Of a stretch of 64,000 bases of DNA, positions 47,885 through 56,615 are shown piece by piece. Within the stretch, counting starts at the first letter, position 1. The number at the start of each line of letters is the position of its first letter. The notes under the pieces are model-generated. The model saw nothing but the letters and a program-made list of their open reading frames with translations. It was not told the origin of the DNA and searched no databases. A program made the translations under genes and the position numbers. The stretch is from Patescibacteria group bacterium. GTDB taxonomy: Bacteria; Patescibacteriota; Minisyncoccia; Phycocordibacterales; SBAW01. The stretch is taken from positions 94,608-158,607 of the forward strand of contig JACOWS010000002.1 in NCBI GenBank assembly GCA_016176685.1, given 5' to 3'.

Positions 47885-48127
47885 TTACCGGCTCTCGGAT
47901 TTGCTTCCTTCCTTCTTCTTCACCTTTTCTCGCTTAGCTGCCTTAGCGGCCGCTTTGCTTGCATGGTCAACAACGACACGGCCCTTGTACCGGCCGCACG
48001 AAGCACACGCGCGGTGCGACAGACGCGCCGCCCCGCACTCGCAGGTTGAGAGCCCCTGCGCTTTGAGCGCATGGTGGCTGCGGCGGTTAGCCGTGTGGGC
48101 CCTGGTGTGTCGCATCCTGACGACCAT
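47885..48127 (-). CDS. rpmF: 50S ribosomal protein L32
   Basis: RRSHHAL...CECG...[13 protein letters not shown]. Confidence 0.92.
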   Translation of the reverse strand: MVVRMRHTRAHTANRRSHHALKAQGLSTCECGAARLSHRACASCGRYKGRVVVDHASKAAAKAAKREKVKKKEGSKSESR

Positions 48128-48179
48128 GCTCACACTGTAGCAAGAACACCCTTAAAACACAATCGGGTGTGGGTATGTG

Positions 48180-48212
48180 AAAAGCCGGCCGCGTTGATAC
48201 GCGCCGGCTTTT
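48180..48212. terminator. Intrinsic terminator
   Basis: AAAAGCCGGC...GCCGGCTTTT hairpin. Confidence 0.65.
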
Positions 48213-48232
48213 GATTTTTTCTCCGTTGAAGA

Positions 48233-48460
48233 TTATTCGGCGTGCAGATCTTGACCTGCTTGTGCCGGCGACTGCGAGGTGCGTGGCGAAGGTAAAAACT
48301 CCGCACACTTACACGGGATATGTCTTGTCCCATACTTGAGACATACTACCTCGGTAGGTGTCGACCCCATGCAAGGAGAGAACATATCCTCTCCTCCGTA
48401 TGTGCACCTCGCACAAAGGCACGTTTGATGTTTGCCCTTTCCACCATTTTTTAGACTCAC
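48233..48460 (-). CDS. Small Cys-rich hypothetical protein
   Basis: GAGGAGG Shine-Dalgarno before GTG, own promoter and terminator; 7 Cys in 75 aa. Confidence 0.6.
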   Translation of the reverse strand: MSLKNGGKGKHQTCLCARCTYGGEDMFSPCMGSTPTEVVCLKYGTRHIPCKCAEFLPSPRTSQSPAQAGQDLHAE

Positions 48461-48526
48461 GATTTCCTCCTCAAGTCTTTTGGTTTAAATTTTCCAACCC
48501 AAAAAACAAACAACAACTGATGATAA

Positions 48527-48555
48527 ATACTACGCAACTTATGTTGCACTGTCAA
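48527..48555 (-). promoter_or_regulatory. Sigma70-type promoter with palindromic spacer
   Basis: TTGACA-17-TAGTAT; spacer contains GCAAC-N4-GTTGC. Confidence 0.65.
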
Positions 48556-48556
48556 C

Positions 48557-49132
48557 TTACAAAAAACTGCGGCGGTGTATAGCTGACGGCCCGTGTTTTT
48601 TAAGTGCGCCGTAGTGCGCCTTGGTGCCGTATCCTTTGTGCGTTTCAAATCCATATTCCGGATAGCGCATGGCAAGCCGCCGCATCAGCCGGTCGCGGCG
48701 CACCTTGGCGGCTATGGAGGCCAGCGATATCAGTGGCTCGGTTTCGTCTCCCCGTATGATAGTTTGTTGGAAAATAAACCGCGCGGGCGCCTTGAGTGAG
48801 CCGTCTAAAAGAATACGGGAGGTTTCTGCCGATGCTTCCAAAGAGCGCAGCGCCCGCGCGAGCGCTACCTGCACGGCAGGAACAATACCTTTAGCATCTA
48901 TGTAATGTGCAGAGGAAAAAACCACGGCGTAACGCAGACCCTCCTCTTGTTCTAAAATACGCAGCTTTTCAAACCAAATCTCCCGCCCCAGCTCCGACAT
49001 CTGCTTACTGTCGCGTACGCCCGCAAGCAATGCAAAGTCGAAGTGGCGCGGCACCGCAACCGCTCCAACCGCCACGGGCCCGGCCAAAGGCCCGCGGCCC
49101 GCCTCGTCTATGCCAATCAACAATCGCGCCAT
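48557..49132 (-). CDS. rnhB: Ribonuclease HII
   Basis: GIDEAGRGPLAGPV, DSK, ASIAAKV.RD, HKGYGT. Confidence 0.95.
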   Translation of the reverse strand: MARLLIGIDEAGRGPLAGPVAVGAVAVPRHFDFALLAGVRDSKQMSELGREIWFEKLRILEQEEGLRYAVVFSSAHYIDAKGIVPAVQVALARALRSLEASAETSRILLDGSLKAPARFIFQQTIIRGDETEPLISLASIAAKVRRDRLMRRLAMRYPEYGFETHKGYGTKAHYGALKKHGPSAIHRRSFL

Positions 49133-49150
49133 TAGTAGTAGTATAGAGGT

Positions 49151-52100
49151 ATGGCGGCTCCGTTTGTACACTTGCATGTCCACTCGCACTACTCCCTGCT
49201 TAAAGCCCTGCCCAAAATCCCCGACCTGGTAGCTGCGGCAAAAAAAGAGGGGTGCGAGGCGCTCGCGCTCACCGACCTTGGCAGCATGTATGGCACCATC
49301 GAATTTATAAAAGAGTGCCGCAAGGCCGATATAAAACCAATCGTCGGGCTCGACATCGCGGCCGAGGGAGGCGGGCGCATCATCCTTTTGGTAGAAAACG
49401 CGGCTGGGTACAAAAACCTGCTGGCGCTTATAACCGCCGCCAACTTTGCCGAGCACCAGGGCGAGCCATTGGTGACCCTTGAGGAACTTGCGGGCCGCAC
49501 CGAGGGGCTCCTTGCCATAGGAAATCATCTGGGCGGAGTTCGTGTGTTTGAGTATCAGAAACTGTTTGGCAAAGATAATTTTTATGCCAATGTCGCGATG
49601 CAGGAAATCTTTTATATTGCACCTGGGGACCGGCGCGCGTGGGAAACGCTGTGCGCCATAGGCGAGCGCGGGCCCGCCGACCGTGGCGACATAAACGACG
49701 AGGAGGAGAGCTACGCCTTCCCCACCGCTAAAGAAATGCAAAAACGCTTTTCAAAAGAAGCGCTCGATCAAACGCTGGCCATAGCGGCGCGATGCAACCT
49801 GGAGATTACTCTCGGCTCGTGGATATTCCCACCCTACCTTACCCAAAAAGGCGCTACCTATGACCAAGAACTGCGCCGCAATATAGAAAAAGGGTTGGCC
49901 GACCGCGGGCTCACAAAGACACCAGCCGTATGTGAGCGCATCGAGTACGAATATAAAATCATTTGCGACAAAGGGTACTCGCCGTACTTTTTGGTGGTTG
50001 CCGACCTTCTCCATTTTGCTCGCGAAAGCGGGATACTCGCCACCACGCGCGGCAGCGCCGGCGGCTCGCTCATTTCCTACTTAACCGGCGTCACCACCAT
50101 AAATCCGCTCGAGTATCTGCTACCCTTCGAGCGCTTTTTAAACCCCGAGCGCCCAAAAGCACCCGACATCGACATGGACTTTGCCGACAACCGCCGCGAC
50201 GAAGTTATAGACTACGTCCGCACAACGTACGGCGAAAACCGGGTAGCACAGATAGGCACCTTTGGTACTATGCTCGCGCGCGGGGTGGTGCGCGACGTGG
50301 CGCGTGCGCTTGGGCACCCGTACGGACTCGGCGACCGCATCGCGCGCGAAGTGCCGTTTGGTAGCCAAGGGTTCCCCATGACGCTTGACCGCGCGCTTGA
50401 AGAAAACTCGGCGCTGAAAAAAATGTACGAGAGCGAGCCCGACGTACACGACATTATCGACTTGGGAAAAAAAATAGAGGGCTGTGCGCGCCACATCTCG
50501 GTGCACGCGGCCGGGGTGGTTATCGCACCTGGACCCTTACTCGAGTACGCACCGCTTCAACGCGACCCAAAGGGGGGAAAAATTATCACCCAGTACGACA
50601 TGTACTCCATAACCGACGAGTATGGCGGCGTGGGGTTGCTCAAGTTTGACTTCCTTGGCATACGCAACCTGGCGATTTTAGCGCATGCGGTGAAGCTCGT
50701 GGAGCATATACGAGGGATAAGAGTAGACATAGAGCGCGTCCCCGTGGATGATGCCAAAACATTCGAGATGCTCGCGCGCGGCGAAACCGAGGGGACCTTC
50801 CAGCTGGGCGGCGCCGGGATGACACGGTATCTAAAAGAATTGCGGCCAACCTCCATACACGACATCAACGCGATGGTTGCGCTCTTCCGCCCCGGGCCGA
50901 TGGAGACCATTCCTTCCTACATTGAGCGCAAGCACAACCCCGCGCTCATTACCTACCTCGACCCGCGGATGAAGGATTATCTCGACTTTTCCTACGGCCT
51001 GTTGGTGTACCAGGATGACGTGCTGTTGAGCGCAATAAAAATCGCCGGCTACTCGTGGCTAGAGGCCGACGCTCTGCGCAAAGCGATGGGTAAAAAGATC
51101 CCCGCAGAGATGGAAAAGCAACGGGAAAAACTTATCGCGGGCGCGGTAAAAAACGGGATGTCGCCACAAAAAGCGGAACAGTTGTGGAAACTCATCGAGC
51201 CTTTTGCGGCGTACGGTTTTGGCAAGGCGCACGCCGCAAGTTATGGGCGCGTGGCATACCAAACCGCGTATATGAAGGCAAATTTCCCCGTGGAGTACAT
51301 GGCGGCGGTACTCACCGCCGAGGCGGGCGACATCGACACCGTGTCGGTGATGGTGCGCGAGTGCAAGCGCATGGGCGTGCCGGTCCTGCCGCCGGACATA
51401 AATGAGAGTTTTGGCGACTTTACCGTGGTGCTTAAGGGGTCGGGAAATCCTAAGGTGGAGCCTATTACTCGCTTTGCTCATGGCTCAGTCTCCACTTTAG
51501 GATTTCCCGACCCAAAAAAAGCTCCGCCTCCTGGGGGCGAGACTGAGCCGTCCGCAAAGCGGACTATAGGCTCGCCCCCAGGAGGCGGAGCTGCGGTAAA
51601 GGACTCGATCCGTTTCGGCCTTTACTCTATTAAAAATGTTGGCAGCGGTGTGGCCGACAGCATTATAGCCGAGCGTAAAGCACGGGGTCCTTTTGTATCT
51701 ATCTCCGACTTTTTGCGCCGCATCAAAGACCAAAACCTCAACAAAAGAGGGCTCGAGTCTTTAATAGAGTGCGGTGCGCTTGATTGTCTTGGCGAGCTTG
51801 GTTCGACAGACGCCGGCCGCGGCGCCATGCTCGCATCGATAGAGCTTTTGCTAGAGTATCACCGCGAAATGTCCAAAGAACAGCCGCAAGACTCGCTCTT
51901 TGCCGGGCAGGGTGACACGGCCGACATCACACTGCCGCCTGCAGAAGCCGCCACGCAAGCACAGCGCCTTGCGTGGGAAAAGGAGCTCCTTGGGCTCTAC
52001 GTTTCCGGACACCCGCTCGACCGGTTTACAGAACAACTTTCCAAACGGCCGATGACCTTGGAAGAGTTGCACAAAAAAATGACACCGGGTATGACCGCCA

Positions 52101-52333
52101 TTGCGGCGGGGATGGTAGAGAGTGTGCGCACCATATTAACCCGCGGCGGCGACCAAATGGCATTTGTCAAAATCACCGACCACAGCGGCTCGATAGAGGC
52201 GGCGGTTTTCCCCCGGGTGTTCGCCGAGCACAAAGACATACTCAAACCCGAGACGGTTATCGCTCTCAAGGGGCGCCTAAGCCAGCGCAACGGCGAGCTT
52301 TCCATGGTGGCCGACAAACTCAAGGTGCTGTAA
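49151..52333 (+). CDS. dnaE: DNA polymerase III alpha subunit
   Basis: HLHVHSHYSLL, RGSAGGS, FERFLNPER...PDIDMDF, KFDFLG. Confidence 0.95.
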   Translation: MAAPFVHLHVHSHYSLLKALPKIPDLVAAAKKEGCEALALTDLGSMYGTIEFIKECRKADIKPIVGLDIAAEGGGRIILLVENAAGYKNLLALITAANFAEHQGEPLVTLEELAGRTEGLLAIGNHLGGVRVFEYQKLFGKDNFYANVAMQEIFYIAPGDRRAWETLCAIGERGPADRGDINDEEESYAFPTAKEMQKRFSKEALDQTLAIAARCNLEITLGSWIFPPYLTQKGATYDQELRRNIEKGLADRGLTKTPAVCERIEYEYKIICDKGYSPYFLVVADLLHFARESGILATTRGSAGGSLISYLTGVTTINPLEYLLPFERFLNPERPKAPDIDMDFADNRRDEVIDYVRTTYGENRVAQIGTFGTMLARGVVRDVARALGHPYGLGDRIAREVPFGSQGFPMTLDRALEENSALKKMYESEPDVHDIIDLGKKIEGCARHISVHAAGVVIAPGPLLEYAPLQRDPKGGKIITQYDMYSITDEYGGVGLLKFDFLGIRNLAILAHAVKLVEHIRGIRVDIERVPVDDAKTFEMLARGETEGTFQLGGAGMTRYLKELRPTSIHDINAMVALFRPGPMETIPSYIERKHNPALITYLDPRMKDYLDFSYGLLVYQDDVLLSAIKIAGYSWLEADALRKAMGKKIPAEMEKQREKLIAGAVKNGMSPQKAEQLWKLIEPFAAYGFGKAHAASYGRVAYQTAYMKANFPVEYMAAVLTAEAGDIDTVSVMVRECKRMGVPVLPPDINESFGDFTVVLKGSGNPKVEPITRFAHGSVSTLGFPDPKKAPPPGGETEPSAKRTIGSPPGGGAAVKDSIRFGLYSIKNVGSGVADSIIAERKARGPFVSISDFLRRIKDQNLNKRGLESLIECGALDCLGELGSTDAGRGAMLASIELLLEYHREMSKEQPQDSLFAGQGDTADITLPPAEAATQAQRLAWEKELLGLYVSGHPLDRFTEQLSKRPMTLEELHKKMTPGMTAIAAGMVESVRTILTRGGDQMAFVKITDHSGSIEAAVFPRVFAEHKDILKPETVIALKGRLSQRNGELSMVADKLKVL
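51437..51592. repeat. Two in-frame palindromic elements inside dnaE
   Basis: Hairpins 51437-51513 (24-bp arms) and 51520-51592 (22-bp arms) with a shared core in opposite orientations. Confidence 0.85.
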
Positions 52334-52347
52334 TATACCTTTTATAT

Positions 52348-53574
52348 ATGGAAGAACGCGATCATAAAAAGTTGGGGCCGGCACTGGGCCTCTTTTACAT
52401 AGACCAAACGGTTGGCAAGGGGCTCCCTATGTTTTTACCAAAAGGGGCGATAATCAAACGCGAGCTTGAAAAGTTTGTGGTGGAAGAGGAAACCAAACGC
52501 GGCTACCTACACGTTATCACCCCCGACCTGGCGCGGTTGGAGCTATACAAAAAAAGCGGCCACTACCCGCACTACAGAGACTCCATGTACGCGCCCATTG
52601 TGATAGACGACGAGGAGTTTATGCTCCGGCCGATGACCTGCCCGCACCACTTCCAACTCTACCTGTCTCGACCGCACAGCTACAAAGAGCTCCCGATGCG
52701 CATTGCCGAGCTGGCACAGCTATACCGCTACGAGCAGTCCGGCGAGCTGATGGGCCTCCAGCGCGTACGCACATTTTGCCTGGCAGATGCGCACATTATC
52801 TGCGCGAACGAAGAGCAGGCAATGCAGGAAATGAGCGACGCGCTCGACCTCATCGAGCATATGGCGGGAGTATTTGGGCTCAAACTGGGCGAGCACTATC
52901 GTTACCGCCTGTCGCTTGGCGACCGCGCTAACACCGAAAAGTATTACAAAAACGACGCCGCGTGGGAAAAAGGCGAGGACATGCTGCGCCGCGTGATGCA
53001 AAACCGCGAATGCGAGTTCGAGGAGGCCAAAGACGAGGCCGCGTTTTACGGCCCCAAGGTGGACATACAGATGAAGAACGCCAATGGCAAAGAAGACACG
53101 GCGTTTACCTGCCAATACGACTTTTGCATGCCGGACCGCTTTAACCTCACCTACATCGGCGAGGACGGCAAAGACCACCGCGCGTTTGTGGTGCACCGCT
53201 CCTCCATAGGCGCCATAGAGCGCAGTATGGCGTTTTTGATAGAGCACTATGCCGGGGCCTTCCCCACGTGGCTCTCGCCCGTGCAGGCGCGGGTCTTGCC
53301 TATTGCCGACGCGCACAAAACCTTTGCAAAAGATGTTTTAAAACAATTGAAGGATGCCGGTATCCGCGCCGATATAGACGAGAGCAACGAAACGCTGGGT
53401 AAAAAAGTGCGCGAGGCAAAGACGGAAAAGATCCCCTACCTTTTGGTAATAGGCGACAAAGAAATGCAGGAGCAAAAAGCGGCGCTGGAAGGCCGCGACC
53501 ACGGCAAGCTCGGGGTACTGCCTGTGGCCGACATTATTTCAAAACTCAAAGAAGAAATAAAAAACCGATCTTAG
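52348..53574 (+). CDS. thrS: Threonine--tRNA ligase lacking the N-terminal TGS/editing domains
   Basis: Starts at RDHKKLG; LRPMTCP, YRYEQSG, AAFYGPKVD, HR...ER. Confidence 0.93.
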   Translation: MEERDHKKLGPALGLFYIDQTVGKGLPMFLPKGAIIKRELEKFVVEEETKRGYLHVITPDLARLELYKKSGHYPHYRDSMYAPIVIDDEEFMLRPMTCPHHFQLYLSRPHSYKELPMRIAELAQLYRYEQSGELMGLQRVRTFCLADAHIICANEEQAMQEMSDALDLIEHMAGVFGLKLGEHYRYRLSLGDRANTEKYYKNDAAWEKGEDMLRRVMQNRECEFEEAKDEAAFYGPKVDIQMKNANGKEDTAFTCQYDFCMPDRFNLTYIGEDGKDHRAFVVHRSSIGAIERSMAFLIEHYAGAFPTWLSPVQARVLPIADAHKTFAKDVLKQLKDAGIRADIDESNETLGKKVREAKTEKIPYLLVIGDKEMQEQKAALEGRDHGKLGVLPVADIISKLKEEIKNRS

Positions 53575-53617
53575 AGCTAAAGAACCGATCTTAGAGGTAT
53601 TACTGAGTCGCAACAGT

Positions 53618-53657
53618 ATGTAATATTTACTACACTATAGTTTCTTATTTATTACAT
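53618..53657. repeat. 40-bp quasi-palindromic repeat, type C, downstream of PaaX-like gene 3
   Basis: ATGTAATA-N8-ACTATAGT-N8-TATTACAT; 20/23 identity with 54283-54322 over the right-hand part. Confidence 0.7.
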
Positions 53658-53697
53658 TCCTCTTACCTTATTAAGATGGTGTTGCGGTAGCAGGATA

Positions 53698-54280
53698 TTA
53701 GCCGAGTCTGAAGTGGATGCGCAGAGCCCGATCGTCTTCCACCCTATCAACGATCAGATACAAGACATCCCTACCCAATCCAAGCTCCGCTTTGAGTAAA
53801 ACAACAAACTCTTCACAATTATATGGATATATCCATACGCTATCCTGGAGTCGCACAAAACCGATACCAGTAAGTATTGCCCGCACCTCGCCACGGAGTG
53901 CGTCTTTCAGGGATATCAAAAATCACAACGCGCCACTTTTTATCCCATTTTTTGGGTTTTTTTACCTTGTAGCCGCGAAGTTCCCATTGAGCTACACAAT
54001 TCTTTCCTTTTTTAGTTAGTACAACAAAGGATCCCCGACGGGTCTTTTCCATCATAAGAAATCCCCCTGCGACGAGTCTGGAAATTGCTTTTTTTGTTTG
54101 ATATTTTTTCTGCCGTTCGTACTGCTTCAAAAAAGGTTTTAGCATTGATAGAGCGTTTGGGGCTATGAGTGCTGTGGAGATTACTCCAACCGCAGCTACC
54201 GAGCCGAGTACGGCACGCCGGACAGTGGTCATGCGCATTTTTTTCCGCAGGTCTTTCTCAAGAGATACAGGTGGTTTCAT
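53698..54280 (-). pseudogene. PaaX-like wHTH/Cas2-like gene, copy 3, frameshifted near 53900
   Basis: WDKKWRVVIFDIPER in ORF 53840-54280; GFVRLQDSVWIYPYNCEE in the overlapping frame 53698-53919. Confidence 0.8.
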
Positions 54281-54282
54281 AC

Positions 54283-54322
54283 TTGTAGCGGATAACCTAC
54301 TATAGAATTTTATTTATTACAA
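54283..54322. repeat. 40-bp repeat, type C, upstream of PaaX-like gene 3
   Basis: TTGTAgcggataacctACTATAGaattTTATTTATTACAA, 2 nt before the ATG. Confidence 0.7.
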
Positions 54323-54369
54323 TAAGTTTCGATTTGTCACAGATTTGCCACATCAGACTGGTATCAGGA

Positions 54370-54403
54370 AACACAAAACCCGCCGTACGGCGGGTTTTGT
54401 GTT
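54370..54403. terminator. Intrinsic terminator
   Basis: AACACAAAACCCGCCG-ta-CGGCGGGTTTTGTGTT. Confidence 0.75.
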
Positions 54404-54472
54404 GGACAATGTTTTGCCTTGTCATCCATAGCCATTGGCGACGGAGGGGAGCTCACATCCGCTTTCTTTTAT

Positions 54473-55393
54473 TTATGCGCGGGCGCGAGAAATTTGCGCT
54501 GCGATGAACGGGTCGACACCGGACGGGATCTTGGCAGAGACCGGCTCGTTTTTGGAGAAAGTTGGCGCAGTTACCTCGGCTGACTTTTCAACACTCCGCT
54601 CTGCCGTAGGCGAACCAAAGAGAAACGAGTTCAGCGAGCGGTAGATGCCGGTCTGTACGCGCTTGACCACCAAGAGGTACGCGATGAAGAAGGCCCACAG
54701 CGCGAGGAAGCCCCAGTAGAGCGCGGTGCCAACCGGCCCCAGCTCCAAGCCCGTGTAGGGCACCTGCGAAAGGGTCACATACGGAGTGGTCGGGTTGTTG
54801 TAGACAACCGGGTTGTATTTGTAGCAGTTGGGATAGGTACCGTACCAGCCAGACTGACAGGCGGGCTGCGTGTAGGTATTGTAATAATTGTTGACCGGCT
54901 GTACCACCTGCGTCGCAGGAATATTGACCGTTACCGTATTGTTGTTGGTGTTAGTGTTGGTAACGGTAGTGGTCTGTGTTTGCTGTTGCTGTTGTGTTTG
55001 GGTCTGCGTCTGCGAACCGCCGCCGGTGGAGCCGGACGGGCCGTACGCAAAGCCGTAGTTGCTGTAAAAACCAGGAGAGGAATACGAGTATGAGGGATAG
55101 GAGTAAGAAGGAGTGGAGTAGCTGTACGAAGGATACGAATAGTCAATTGAGGAGGTGTAGCTCGGAGTATAGTAGTCGTAGGATGGATAAGAGTAGTCAA
55201 TGGACGACGTGTAGCTTGGAGTGTAGTAGTCGTAGGAAGGGTATGAGTAGTCTATAGAGTCGGTGTAGCTGGGGTAGTAGCCATAGTCTGCCGCATGAGC
55301 AACAGCCGGTGTGATAACCGGAGCGACAGAGAACACAAGCGCCGCAAAAGCGATGCTTACTGCACGAGGTGTGTTGGTCATGCTGTTTTTCAT
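54473..55393 (-). CDS. Secreted Tyr/Ser-rich repeat protein with VPYTG motif and TM (candidate sortase substrate)
   Basis: Signal peptide (..AHA); PSYT(D/S)SIDYSYPSY repeated three times; LSQVPYTG + hydrophobic helix + KR. Confidence 0.75.
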   Translation of the reverse strand: MKNSMTNTPRAVSIAFAALVFSVAPVITPAVAHAADYGYYPSYTDSIDYSYPSYDYYTPSYTSSIDYSYPSYDYYTPSYTSSIDYSYPSYSYSTPSYSYPSYSYSSPGFYSNYGFAYGPSGSTGGGSQTQTQTQQQQQTQTTTVTNTNTNNNTVTVNIPATQVVQPVNNYYNTYTQPACQSGWYGTYPNCYKYNPVVYNNPTTPYVTLSQVPYTGLELGPVGTALYWGFLALWAFFIAYLLVVKRVQTGIYRSLNSFLFGSPTAERSVEKSAEVTAPTFSKNEPVSAKIPSGVDPFIAAQISRARA

Positions 55394-55558
55394 AAATTAA
55401 CGGCTTAACGATGCTATGTTATCACATCTAATAATTTTGTCAACTCCCCTCACGAGAGTCTAGCTAGGCACCTTGCAAGGCGCGCAGTTAGAAAATAGTG
55501 AAGAAAAATGGGAGGCGGGGGTTTGTGTATTGCTACACGCAACCCCGCCCCACCGATG

Positions 55559-56458
55559 TTATTGACGCACACCGCACACTTGGTGTGCGATGCCTGCCGG
55601 CATACCGTTGCGCGGCGGAATCTGGATATCATAACGATATCCAGCCGGCTTGCCACGGCAATTCGGGTCGTCCGCCCGGTCCGGCATGATTTTCTGGACC
55701 GCCACCGGGTCGGAGATGTGCAGGACGCATGCCCCGATTTCCCGGACGAAGACCGAGCCTGGGATTTTGCAGCCCCGGCGGCCCTGCTGTTGCTGCTGGC
55801 CCTGATACATGCCGGCCAGTTGAACCGGCTGCGGCTCGTCGGCGACCGGCGGCTGTTCACACCGCGCGAACTGGTTCGCGCGGTCCTCGGGCAACATGCC
55901 CGCGGCCCGCCCGGCCTTCCATCCGCACATGACTTCGACGTCATGTGAGGAAGGAGCGTAGGTCTGCAAAGCCTCCTCCTGCGATGCAGGTTGGTCGGCC
56001 TGTACCACCTGTTCTTCGGCAGGCGGCGGCAGGATTTGCTCCTCCCCGATCTTGACCGGTTCTTCGACCGGCTGGTCGAGGCGGTCGGCCAGCTTCTTGG
56101 TCGGCTGTTCGACCGAGGTTTTCTTTTCCTCGGTCGGGGTGGCCGGCAACTCGATCTTGGTCGGCGCGAAATACGTCGACTCCAACAACCAGTTGGACCG
56201 AAGGATGCCCAGCCCGGCCATAAAAAAGCTAAACAGCCCGGCCAGAAGGCCGACAAGAAAGAGGACCACAATAATTACGGTCTTCATCTTGCCGCCGGAC
56301 TTCGGCTTCGGCGAGTCCGGCGGCTCCGGCGTCGCGCCCGGGGCCGGACCAGTCGCCGCCTTAAGAGCGGCATTTTCCGCGGCGAGGCGCACGATTTCCT
56401 CGTGTGCCTCCACCAACCGGTCGGTTGGTGTTGGACGTTTCGTCACAGTCTTGGCCAT
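55559..56458 (-). CDS. Hypothetical single-TM protein with Pro/Glu/Gln-rich linker and Cys-containing C-terminal domain
   Basis: AGGAGG Shine-Dalgarno; one TM segment; 6 Cys in the C-terminal third. Confidence 0.65.
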   Translation of the reverse strand: MAKTVTKRPTPTDRLVEAHEEIVRLAAENAALKAATGPAPGATPEPPDSPKPKSGGKMKTVIIVVLFLVGLLAGLFSFFMAGLGILRSNWLLESTYFAPTKIELPATPTEEKKTSVEQPTKKLADRLDQPVEEPVKIGEEQILPPPAEEQVVQADQPASQEEALQTYAPSSHDVEVMCGWKAGRAAGMLPEDRANQFARCEQPPVADEPQPVQLAGMYQGQQQQQGRRGCKIPGSVFVREIGACVLHISDPVAVQKIMPDRADDPNCRGKPAGYRYDIQIPPRNGMPAGIAHQVCGVRQ

Positions 56459-56615
56459 CACTGGCCTCCTTTCTGCCCCCGCAGGGGCGGTTTGTTATTA
56501 TTTCAGTACTTTCCCTCCTCCGCGGCACCTTCCGGCGCCGCGGTGGCGAAATTGTCTCCTACTTTAGCAAGGCCTTGCCTTGCTATTGCAGGGACATACC
56601 CGACCGCCTCTCGAT

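Noticed and set aside
48557-49741. 394 aa version of rnhB
   Set aside because: The N-terminal extension is antisense to dnaE; the RNase HII motif begins at the ATG at 49132
51973-52347. N-terminal extension of thrS
   Set aside because: Overlaps dnaE in another frame and does not resemble TGS or editing domains
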